Made by a program: the position numbers and the translations under genes
From: a virus
DNA: 64,000 bases
Direction: 5' to 3' (one strand)
Virus record (IMG/VR): IMGVR_UViG_2868238732_000001
Location: 48,913-112,912 of that record
Notes under the pieces: model-generated
Databases searched by the model: none
What the model saw: the letters and a program-made list of their open reading frames with translations, nothing else
Told to the model about the DNA's origin: nothing
In this document: positions 9,285 to 17,063 of the stretch, one piece after another
Numbering within the stretch: position 1 is the stretch's first letter
Layout: each line of letters opens with the position of its first letter

Positions 9285-9698
9285 ATGAATGAAATAAAAT
9301 GTAATGAATATGGATGTATAGAAAATGAAAAATTTAAACTTGAAATATCAATAAATGGGGATGTTCTAGTGTATAAAAATATTGCTGCATTCCAGTCAAA
9401 ACATGGTGTGTGTTACGCAGTAGCAGAACTAAACGAACCAAATGAAATAAGCAAATACACATATAATAATTTTTTAGAAGAAGCAGAAGGGAATGAAATA
9501 CTAGCAAGGAATTGTTTTGAAATGACTGGTGAAATGAACACATACCCAGATTATTATTTTGAAATGGGACTTGAAGAAGGATGGTTTGTCCAATGTAAAT
9601 GTATGCATGTATTTGACCACCATACGAATGATAAGTGTCCTAGGTGCGGAAGTCGTGAGTTAGTCGTTGGAGATTGGGACTATCTAGGGGAGGAATAA
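9285..9698 (+). CDS. Hypothetical protein with C-terminal zinc ribbon
   Basis: CKCMH...CPRCGS motif. Confidence 0.75.
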   Translation: MNEIKCNEYGCIENEKFKLEISINGDVLVYKNIAAFQSKHGVCYAVAELNEPNEISKYTYNNFLEEAEGNEILARNCFEMTGEMNTYPDYYFEMGLEEGWFVQCKCMHVFDHHTNDKCPRCGSRELVVGDWDYLGEE

Positions 9699-9877
9699 AC
9701 TTTCTATTAAAACTATCCTTTGATAACAATTAAACAATGATAGTACACTCATATAAGGCTTGTTAACTGTTGGAGGATATAAAGCTAGGACAATGTTATA
9801 AACACGTGCTAGAGAGGTATATCCTGCTTAGAATTAATAACGTCAAGTCGATAATATTAGAAAGAGGGTGAATAATA

Positions 9878-9994
9878 ATGGCCATAAAATTTAAGGGATC
9901 TATGATAGACTTTAAAAAGTATGTTGAAGCTATGAGTCTTGTTTTTGGTCAAAGTGCTAAGGTCAAAGATGTTTTAAGAAAGATATATAGTTGA
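9878..9994 (+). CDS. Small hypothetical protein (38 aa)
   Basis: GAGGGTG RBS followed by ATG; MAIKFKGSMIDFKKYVEAMSLVFGQSAKVKDVLRKIYS. Confidence 0.55.
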   Translation: MAIKFKGSMIDFKKYVEAMSLVFGQSAKVKDVLRKIYS

Positions 9995-10135
9995 GGGTAT
10001 TATCAAATAGGTATTTTAAAAGAAAGGTGTATATTAAGATTATTTTATAAAACTGTTTTAATAATGTATAATAAAGGTATAGAATGTATATAAATCACTC
10101 ACCGTAAGGGAGTTAAGAGTAAAGGAGAAAATAAT

Positions 10136-10327
10136 ATGTTGAACCTACATATTTTTAAAATGAAAGATGGAGTAGAAAAAAATTGGGATGATGTAGATTT
10201 TACTACAGAATGTGAAATAGTAAAAATAATTAAAGGTGAAACCAATGAAGAATGTGAAACAAAAGCAGTAGAAAATGGATTTGGTGACACAGATATATAC
10301 GGATGGAGTTATAACGAAACTCTTTAA
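10136..10327 (+). CDS. Hypothetical protein
   Basis: AAAGGAG RBS. Confidence 0.75.
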   Translation: MLNLHIFKMKDGVEKNWDDVDFTTECEIVKIIKGETNEECETKAVENGFGDTDIYGWSYNETL

Positions 10328-10371
10328 TTTTAAAATTATTTAACAGAAGAAACGAGAGGACTTAGAAGAAA

Positions 10372-10863
10372 ATGGGGAAAACACGTAAAGGCAAAGATAT
10401 AACAGATAAAGTTTTTGAAAGACTTACAGCAATAGAGCCTACAGAAATTCGGAAGGATGCAAATATTGTATGGAAATGCAAGTGCAAATGTGGAAATGAG
10501 ACTTTCGCCACTATGCGTGATTTGAAAGATGGAAGGGTTAGAAGTTGTGGCTGTATAGCCACGGAACTTGCAAAAGAGAATGCTATAAAAAACATGGCAA
10601 AATTTAAAAAGAATAATTGTATAGCAGGGACAAGGCTTGATATTGTTAAGGGGAGTATGCCGAGAAGGAAAAATGCTACTGGCTACAAAGGCGTTTATCG
10701 CAAATACGATAGATATGTTGCTAGCATTATGTTCCAGGGCATACGATACTCTTTAGGTCATTATGATAAAGTTGAGGATGCTGCTAAGGCACGAAAAATA
10801 GCTGAAGAAAAATTATATGGGGATTTTCTTGAATGGTATGAGTCAGAATATAAAAATAAATAG
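10372..10863 (+). CDS. AP2-domain protein with N-terminal WxCxCxCG...SCGC zinc module (related to HNH-AP2 endonucleases)
   Basis: FERLTAI...WKCKCKCGN...SCGC followed by TGYKGV...Y.ASI...YSLGHY...EDAAKARK.AE. No HNH motif is visible. Confidence 0.8.
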   Translation: MGKTRKGKDITDKVFERLTAIEPTEIRKDANIVWKCKCKCGNETFATMRDLKDGRVRSCGCIATELAKENAIKNMAKFKKNNCIAGTRLDIVKGSMPRRKNATGYKGVYRKYDRYVASIMFQGIRYSLGHYDKVEDAAKARKIAEEKLYGDFLEWYESEYKNK

Positions 10864-10871
10864 TTATTTAA

Positions 10872-10905
10872 ATACCGCATTATTCAACTTGGATAGGCGG
10901 TATTT
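10872..10905 (+). terminator. Intrinsic terminator-like hairpin
   Basis: ATACCGC...GCGGTAT followed by a T run. Confidence 0.6.
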
Positions 10906-10982
10906 TCGTTATCACTATATCATATAAAAGATTAGTTTTAGTTTAACAACTCAATAGTAATGATGAAGGGAGGTGAGATTTT

Positions 10983-11195
10983 ATGAATATTGAGCAGCAG
11001 AAAGAAAAAATAGAAAGCTTATGTGACACGTTAAAGACTTCAATGCTGAATAACTTGGAACAGTTTCCTGAGAGCTGGCAAGACTTAGAGTTTAGGCAGT
11101 ATATGAATGACAAGGCGCAACAATTTAACCCTGTTAGGATGACTAGGACTAGAATGAGAGTCTATAAAGACTATGTAGAGATACATAAATTATAG
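10983..11195 (+). CDS. Hypothetical protein
   Basis: GGAGGTG RBS. Confidence 0.8.
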   Translation: MNIEQQKEKIESLCDTLKTSMLNNLEQFPESWQDLEFRQYMNDKAQQFNPVRMTRTRMRVYKDYVEIHKL

Positions 11196-11217
11196 TATCT
11201 CTTAGAAGAATAAAACA

Positions 11218-11246
11218 TTGACAATAGAATAATAATGATATAGAAT
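11218..11246 (+). promoter_or_regulatory. sigmaA promoter of the MazF-TPR locus
   Basis: TTGACA-17bp-TAGAAT, with a variant of the recurrent motif in the spacer. Confidence 0.65.
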
Positions 11247-11437
11247 AAATTCGACAAGTAAACAATAATCATGCAGAAAATAATGGTAGCTGATATGAAG
11301 CTGCAGAGTAGTTTATAATCTTTACTACTAATTAAAGAAAGATGCTCAAATTTTCCCCACCTTGAGCTAAATACATTTTTGATGTGTTTAGCTGAGGGGT
11401 AATTGACCTCAAAATAAAAACTTAGGGGGATAAAGAA

Positions 11438-11617
11438 ATGAGCACAAAAGGAGCTAGAACACCAGGGGTAAAGGATTGCACACTAAACATTATTATAAGT
11501 GGACTTATGTTTCATAAGGAGGCAATAAAGAGAGAACAGGATGCAGAGAAAAGAGAATTTCATAAAAAAAGACTTAACGAGTTAAAGCTTGAATTAGAAA
11601 ATCATAAAGCAGCCTAG
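11438..11617 (+). CDS. Small basic helical protein (59 aa) upstream of the MazF-TPR gene
   Basis: AGGGGGA RBS followed by ATG; MSTKGARTPGVKDCTLNIIISGLMFHKEAIKREQDAEKREFHKKRLNELKLELENHKAA. Confidence 0.7.
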   Translation: MSTKGARTPGVKDCTLNIIISGLMFHKEAIKREQDAEKREFHKKRLNELKLELENHKAA

Positions 11618-11702
11618 AAAATCAAAGTAATTTAGAAAAAATATAAACAGAGTGGCAATGCTTGCTACTCTAACAAAACAATTTTAAGGTGGGGTAAATA
11701 AA

Positions 11703-12641
11703 GTGGAAAAAGTTATAGTTAGAAGGTCTGATATTTTTGAGGTTCAATTAAAAGGTGAAGGGAATCTCCTTCATGGAAAACATCCGGTTCTAGTTTTAAG
11801 TTGCCAAGTGTCAAATAAATTTAGTGACTTGATAAATGTAGTTCCATTAACTTCCACCACTAATAAAGACAACCCATCAAACGTATTAATAGGAACAGAA
11901 TGTGGATTAAAATGGGAATCCGCGATACTTACTAACCAAGTACAAACAATTTCAAAAAGTAATATTTTATTCAAAATAGGATTTGTAAACCTACAAAAAA
12001 TGCAGGAGGTTGAAAGAGTGTTAATGAATCAACTAGGAATTAAGAATAATTGGGGAGACTTGAAACTATATCAGATTTACGAGAAGAATAGAATGGAAAT
12101 CAGAATGGCCAAGTGTCAAGAAGATTACGAATTGTTGAGACAGTTATCAGAAAAATATTTAAAAAACTTATATGAAATGGGCCGCGTAATACAGGGTACA
12201 GAAATACATGCAGAACTAGAGTGGGCAAATTTTCATCTAGCACTAGCATTAAAGAAAAATGGTCAAATTTATGAAGCTTATGATGTAGCTAAAAAATCGT
12301 TAACTTTTAGTACAACAATAAATAGTGAGTATATTTATACCTGCTGGATGGTTGGAAGCTTGTGCATAGAGTTGGGTGATGATTTTGTGTTAGAAGGATG
12401 CGAGATGTTTGAAAAGTGCATTACATTTTATGATCAGATTAAAGAGGAAAGATATAAAATATTATCTCAGTTCAATAAAGCAAAAATACTAAAGAGGGTT
12501 CCTGAGATGCAAGCATGTATTAAAAGTTATAAAGATACTAGATTTAAACCGATGCTTTGTAGTTTTTCAGATATGGAAAAAAGTGAAGTCATCTTAGAAC
12601 TTCAAAAAGAATTAGACGACATCAAAAAATTAGTAGCCTAA
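11703..12641 (+). CDS. PemK/MazF-like domain fused to a TPR (RRNPP-like peptide receptor) domain
   Basis: Residues ~5-113 follow the PemK pattern (RSDIFEVQL...HPVLVLS...N.FS..INVVPLTS...S.IL.NQVQTISK...KIG.V...M..VE..L...LG). The C-terminal ~190 aa are amphipathic TPR-like helices (ANFHLALALKKNGQIYEAYDVAKKSL; CWMVGSLCIELG...GCEMFEKCI). Confidence 0.8.
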   Translation: MEKVIVRRSDIFEVQLKGEGNLLHGKHPVLVLSCQVSNKFSDLINVVPLTSTTNKDNPSNVLIGTECGLKWESAILTNQVQTISKSNILFKIGFVNLQKMQEVERVLMNQLGIKNNWGDLKLYQIYEKNRMEIRMAKCQEDYELLRQLSEKYLKNLYEMGRVIQGTEIHAELEWANFHLALALKKNGQIYEAYDVAKKSLTFSTTINSEYIYTCWMVGSLCIELGDDFVLEGCEMFEKCITFYDQIKEERYKILSQFNKAKILKRVPEMQACIKSYKDTRFKPMLCSFSDMEKSEVILELQKELDDIKKLVA

Positions 12642-12700
12642 TAAATAGCATGGGAGCGTTAAACTCTCCCATAGAATATTTATTAGGAGGTCTTCAAAAG

Positions 12701-12844
12701 ATGAAGATTACAAAAAGAATTGCAGCAGTAGGGTTAGGCATAGTTATAATGGGAGGTTTATTTGCTAGTAGCACTAAACTAATAACACAAAAAATAAACG
12801 TGCCGACAATAAATGTCGCTACAATCGACCCACCAACTCATTAA
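12701..12844 (+). CDS. Secreted signalling propeptide (47 aa; Phr/AimP/Qsp-like), predicted mature end ...TIDPPTH
   Basis: AGGAGG RBS. Basic N-terminus MKITKR, hydrophobic core IAAVGLGIVIMGGLFA, and a short C-terminus ending in DPPTH. It lies immediately downstream of a TPR protein. Confidence 0.8.
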   Translation: MKITKRIAAVGLGIVIMGGLFASSTKLITQKINVPTINVATIDPPTH

Positions 12845-12868
12845 AGAAGGGGATAATCCCCTTCTTTT
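12843..12868 (+). terminator. Intrinsic terminator closing the receptor-peptide unit
   Basis: AAAGAAGGGG-ATAAT-CCCCTTCTTTT. Confidence 0.9.
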
Positions 12869-12898
12869 CTAAAAAAGAATCATAACTATAAAATAAAT

Positions 12899-12948
12899 TT
12901 GACAAATAAATACTTCCAGTAGTATAATAATTTTAGAACATATGTTCG
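12899..12948 (+). promoter_or_regulatory. sigmaA promoter with a LexA (SOS/Cheo) box at the transcription start
   Basis: TTGACA(12899)-18bp-TATAAT(12923), then GAAC-ATAT-GTTC at 12936-12947. Confidence 0.75.
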
Positions 12949-12976
12949 TAAAATATATGGAAGAGGTGTTAAGTTT

Positions 12977-13198
12977 ATGACAAAAGTTTACATGTTAAGC
13001 TACGAAACAATGTGCTTAGATTTATTAAATAATAATGTTAAAGAAGAAGATATTGAAGAATTTGTAGAAGAAATTTTAGGAGAACTAAGATTAATCAACA
13101 TAATTGAGAATGATGATAGTTATGTTGTTGGAAATTTAACAGCATTTTTATTAAAAGAAAAATTCGGAATAGAATGTACTGAGATACAATTAATATAA
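12977..13198 (+). CDS. Small acidic protein, probably SOS-induced
   Basis: GAGGTG RBS; first gene after the LexA-boxed promoter. Confidence 0.75.
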   Translation: MTKVYMLSYETMCLDLLNNNVKEEDIEEFVEEILGELRLINIIENDDSYVVGNLTAFLLKEKFGIECTEIQLI

Positions 13199-13207
13199 AA
13201 GGAAGGA

Positions 13208-13549
13208 ATGGTAATAATGATATTAATAGAAGAAATGAATAAAATAGAAATAGAGAATTTATGTTTCAAACATGGCTTCTCTTGGGATAAGATTGGAGAA
13301 TATATTAGAATACAAAGTAAGAGAGACACATGGTATATAAAGGATATAAACCACGATGGAAGACTAATAGAGCTAGAGCATCAAAACAAATATAGAGATG
13401 CAAGGTTTCATTCACAAGGCAAGCATGAGAATTTAAAGAATATCTTTAAATCTATAGAAAGCCATGACCATAGAGAGGAATTAGGGCACAGAAATAATAA
13501 ACTGACTAGAATAACTAATACATTCAAACTACTTGGCTTATACAATTAA
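13208..13549 (+). CDS. Hypothetical protein
   Basis: ORF with AAGGAAGG RBS. Confidence 0.75.
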   Translation: MVIMILIEEMNKIEIENLCFKHGFSWDKIGEYIRIQSKRDTWYIKDINHDGRLIELEHQNKYRDARFHSQGKHENLKNIFKSIESHDHREELGHRNNKLTRITNTFKLLGLYN

Positions 13550-13641
13550 AGGATAATATGTCGAAAGAATAATTAAACAATAATGTATAAGAAAATTAAA
13601 AGAAGTATATAATAATAATATAATCTTAGGAGGAAGTATCT

Positions 13642-13806
13642 ATGGAGAACCATCCAATAATGTTTTTTTTCTTGATAGTAATTTGGGGTCTATATGCTGT
13701 ATATTACGCAATAAAGACAGTAGTTGTATTGTTAATAGGACTTTACAAATGGTCAGTTAAAAAGATAAAAGAAAGGAAGGTAAATAGTAATGTTGTTGAT
13801 AGATGA
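13642..13806 (+). CDS. Small membrane protein (54 aa, not in the ORF track)
   Basis: AGGAGG RBS; MENHPIMFFFLIVIWGLYAVYYAIKTVVVLLIGLYKWSVKKIKERKVNSNVVDR. Confidence 0.65.
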   Translation: MENHPIMFFFLIVIWGLYAVYYAIKTVVVLLIGLYKWSVKKIKERKVNSNVVDR

Positions 13807-14686
13807 ATATAAGGACTATTTACATGGAGTAGAAGGAAAGTCTGCTGGGACAGTCGAACAGTATTACAGTAGTGTGCATTTGTTTATGCAGTATATGAAA
13901 AAGAGTGAATTCTCTATAACTAGGCAAAGTATAATTAAAGTTAAATTATCTAACATATATGGCTTCATAAATAGTCTAACTGAAAGCAACTCAAATGGGA
14001 CTCGAAGAAACAAAATATCAGCATTGAAATCATTCTTTGAATACTGCAAGGAGATTGAATTGTTAAAGCATAACATTATTGTTGACTTAAAAAAACAACC
14101 TAAGAAAAACAAAAGGATTGCAAAATACTTTACATTAGAAGAATGCAAGAGACTAGTTAACTCAGTAGGTGGAAGGAACAAAGAAAGAGATAAGATGATG
14201 ATAATATTATTTCTTAATACTGGAATAAGATTAGCTGAATTAGTCAGCCTGAACATTTCATGTATCGATAATGAAAACTTGAATATTGTAGGGAAAGGAA
14301 ATAAAGAACGTGTAATACATTTAGATTCATCAATTATAGACTTATTGAAAGAATATATTAAGACGACAAGAGCTGATTCAGGAATAGAAGTAGATGCATT
14401 GTTCTTATCTGAACGTTTGACTAGGGTATCAAGCGATTCAGTACAATCGGCGGTTAATAAAGCAATAGCCAATGCAGGATTGAATACAGAAGGCAAGAAC
14501 GACGTGTCCGTTCATGTACTTAGACATACTTTTGCTACACTTCAATTTCAGAATGGTGTCAGTATAAGAACTCTTCAAAAAATACTTGGGCATGAAGATA
14601 TTTCAACGACTCAAATCTATGTTCAAGTTGCAGATAATCAGATGATTGAAGCAGCAAAAACCAATCCGCTAAAATCTATATATTAA
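13790..14686 (+). CDS. Tyrosine recombinase, XerC/XerD-like, with intact catalytic residues
   Basis: TGIRLAEL (R), GKGNKER (K), HVLRHTFAT (HxxR), LGHED (H), TTQIY (Y). Confidence 0.92.
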   Translation: MLLIDEYKDYLHGVEGKSAGTVEQYYSSVHLFMQYMKKSEFSITRQSIIKVKLSNIYGFINSLTESNSNGTRRNKISALKSFFEYCKEIELLKHNIIVDLKKQPKKNKRIAKYFTLEECKRLVNSVGGRNKERDKMMIILFLNTGIRLAELVSLNISCIDNENLNIVGKGNKERVIHLDSSIIDLLKEYIKTTRADSGIEVDALFLSERLTRVSSDSVQSAVNKAIANAGLNTEGKNDVSVHVLRHTFATLQFQNGVSIRTLQKILGHEDISTTQIYVQVADNQMIEAAKTNPLKSIY

Positions 14687-14719
14687 ATAATAACGTCGAA
14701 CGAATTATATTCGATTCAG

Positions 14720-14748
14720 TTGACAATAAGATAATAATAATATAAAAT
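14720..14748 (+). promoter_or_regulatory. sigmaA promoter upstream of 14774 and the MrpR-like gene
   Basis: TTGACA-17bp-TAAAAT, with a variant of the recurrent motif in the spacer. Confidence 0.6.
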
Positions 14749-14773
14749 TAAATAAACGAGGGGTGGATATATA

Positions 14774-15340
14774 ATGGAAACAAACATAGAATTATTAAAA
14801 GATTTAATCGAGATAAGCGATCTTGTTCCACAAGAAAAATTGAACACGATAGTCCAAACATTATTGAAGACAGACGATATTATAAAAGCTAGAATGTTAA
14901 GTGAGAAGATTATATCTGGAGACTTTAGTAGTTTGAAGGAAAGTGCAATCGAAAATCTTGTTGACGCATTCTCAAAATTGAACGCAAAAGGAACAGATAA
15001 GATAGAGATAACAGAAGATGAAGATGAAGATGAAGGAAAAGATAATAAGACTCAAAATTTAGAATATGAATTGAGATCGTTGAAACTAAAGATGGAATCT
15101 ATAGAACATAATTCTGAAAAGCGATTGAAAGAATTAGAGAAAAAAAACAAAGAGTTAGAAGAAAAGAATAGTAAATTAATATCTATACTTGAACTAACGA
15201 AGAATTCGGAATTGATTGAAGTTTCTGATGAAGATATAAACGAATTATATATAAAGCATTTAGAAAGCGGAGAGACTACACACAACAATGCATTTATTTT
15301 GAATGATACAATTCCAAAAGCATATTATAAAGTAAAATAG
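14774..15340 (+). CDS. Hypothetical acidic coiled-coil protein
   Basis: ORF with RBS and a heptad-like K/E-rich segment. Confidence 0.8.
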   Translation: METNIELLKDLIEISDLVPQEKLNTIVQTLLKTDDIIKARMLSEKIISGDFSSLKESAIENLVDAFSKLNAKGTDKIEITEDEDEDEGKDNKTQNLEYELRSLKLKMESIEHNSEKRLKELEKKNKELEEKNSKLISILELTKNSELIEVSDEDINELYIKHLESGETTHNNAFILNDTIPKAYYKVK

Positions 15341-15358
15341 TATTGGAGGATGTAAATA

Positions 15359-16288
15359 ATGTTAACACAAGAATACTCAGAGAAATTTTTAGATGAACAT
15401 GATAAAGAAGGCAATAAAGGTCAGATAATAAAAAATATAATTGAAACAGAAATAGAAACAAAAATAGAATTATTAGATTGGGAAGATGCTGAGATTGCTA
15501 CATTCCTAAAAAAAGCAGGTTCTGTATCTCCACAAGGTTTAAATAAGAGCATGGTTATATTAAGAAAATTCGCTGACTTCATATGTAAAAAGAAAAAACT
15601 TGCGATACGTGAGTATATAATGGAAGATGGAGTTCTTCTTTCTTTAATAGACAAAGAGCAACTACTAACAACAACTATTAATTACGACCAATATCTGACG
15701 ATAAGATCTCAACTAGATATGACAGAAGGTGGAATGAAAGTTAATCTTAGGGATAAAGTAATCTTTGAATTAGCCTGGGAAGGGCTACTGAACGACGAAA
15801 TAAGAGCAATTAAGGAAGGAAATATAGAATTTGTTCAATCAGAAAATGGATGGGAGATTGCAATAATAAATTTAGAAAATAAAGTTTTTAGAATCGAAGA
15901 TCCGTCAGTTGCAGAAGATATTAAATTGTGTTTAAAAGAACTATCTTGTATCAGAACAACAAAGGATGGAAGGACTAAAAAAACTCTTTATAAAGATTCA
16001 GAATATCTAATCAAACCAGTTAATGTTGGAAGAGTGTCCGACAAAACTTATTTAAATAATCCTCATTTAGCTTTGCAACGTGCTCTAAGAGCTAGCGATA
16101 TTCTTTGTAAGGGGATAAATGTAAAAGACTTAACTTTAGCAGACATCAGAAGGAGTAGATTGATATACTTACTAGCTCCAGAGAATGAAGAGTTCTTTAA
16201 TTTTGAAACTGTAGCAGCAATATACAATTTGAAGAGACCAGAGGCTCTGAGATGGTATAAGAAAATCGCAGAAGAGAAATACGAATAG
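15359..16288 (+). CDS. MrpR/YopR-like master repressor (degenerate tyrosine-recombinase fold)
   Basis: Blocks resembling SPbeta YopR as I recall it: EKFLD, E..IELLDW, INYDQY, RDKVIFELAWEGL, DSEYLIK, LTLADIRRSRLIY. The canonical catalytic R and HxxR/LGH motifs are not retained. Confidence 0.7.
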   Translation: MLTQEYSEKFLDEHDKEGNKGQIIKNIIETEIETKIELLDWEDAEIATFLKKAGSVSPQGLNKSMVILRKFADFICKKKKLAIREYIMEDGVLLSLIDKEQLLTTTINYDQYLTIRSQLDMTEGGMKVNLRDKVIFELAWEGLLNDEIRAIKEGNIEFVQSENGWEIAIINLENKVFRIEDPSVAEDIKLCLKELSCIRTTKDGRTKKTLYKDSEYLIKPVNVGRVSDKTYLNNPHLALQRALRASDILCKGINVKDLTLADIRRSRLIYLLAPENEEFFNFETVAAIYNLKRPEALRWYKKIAEEKYE

Positions 16289-16411
16289 ATTATGGAGCCA
16301 AGTTACGTGCTTAAAACTTGGCTTGACAGTTAACAATTAAACAGTACTATTATAAATCATAAGTTTTAAGAGAAAAAAAATACTAAAATATAAAGAAAGA
16401 AGGAATGTAGA

Positions 16412-17020
16412 ATGTCAACAATACAAGATGAACTTTATGGAGTAAAAAAAGGATATATTGATACAAAGGTAGACGGAGCTCAAGAAAAAATATCACAACA
16501 ACTATATAAATTAATTACAGAATCAAAGAAAGATTATAATGAAATAGTTTTAATATGTATAGGAACTGACAGAAGTGCAGGAGATTGTTTTGCTCCAATG
16601 CTAGGTACATTTTTATCTGAGAGAGAGGAATTAAAAGGAAAATGTAAAATATATGGGAGTCTCCAAAACCCAGTTCATGCTAAAAATTTAGAAGATACTT
16701 TAAATACAATTGATGCTAAAAATTCATTGATAATAGCGATTGATGCATGTTTAGGTAGTACTGGTAATTTGCAAAAGATATGTATAGCAAACGGAACACT
16801 TACTCCAGGGGCAGCTTTTAATAAAGAATTACCTTCCATTGGGGATATTTCAATTGCAGGTATAGTTAATATATCTGGCGCATTTGAGTTTATGGTTCTA
16901 CAAAACACAAGAATCGGAATAGTTTATGAAATGGTTAGAAATTTAGAAGTTGGAATAATATCTGCAATAAATAAGCTAAGCGTAAGAAAAATGATCATTA
17001 ACGACAAGGTTGCAGTATAG
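16412..17020 (+). CDS. yyaC: Spore protease YyaC family (GPR-like, DUF1256)
   Basis: ICIGTDRSAGDC..PMLG, GSLQNPVHAKNL, IAIDACLG, PGAAFNKELPSIGDISIAGIVN, LQNTR. Confidence 0.88.
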   Translation: MSTIQDELYGVKKGYIDTKVDGAQEKISQQLYKLITESKKDYNEIVLICIGTDRSAGDCFAPMLGTFLSEREELKGKCKIYGSLQNPVHAKNLEDTLNTIDAKNSLIIAIDACLGSTGNLQKICIANGTLTPGAAFNKELPSIGDISIAGIVNISGAFEFMVLQNTRIGIVYEMVRNLEVGIISAINKLSVRKMIINDKVAV

Positions 17021-17063
17021 CCCAATAAAAAGTGGATTTCAAGAGAAGGGAGATGTATTAATA

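Noticed and set aside
12650-12700. ORF-track start at 12650 for the peptide gene
   Set aside because: It lies in a stem-loop without an RBS. ATG 12701 has AGGAGG and gives a proper signal peptide.
14696-14713. TCGAACGAATTATATTCG as a second SOS box before the 14720 promoter
   Set aside because: It is palindromic (CGAAT-TAT-ATTCG) but does not fit GAAC-N4-GTTC, so it is too weak to call.
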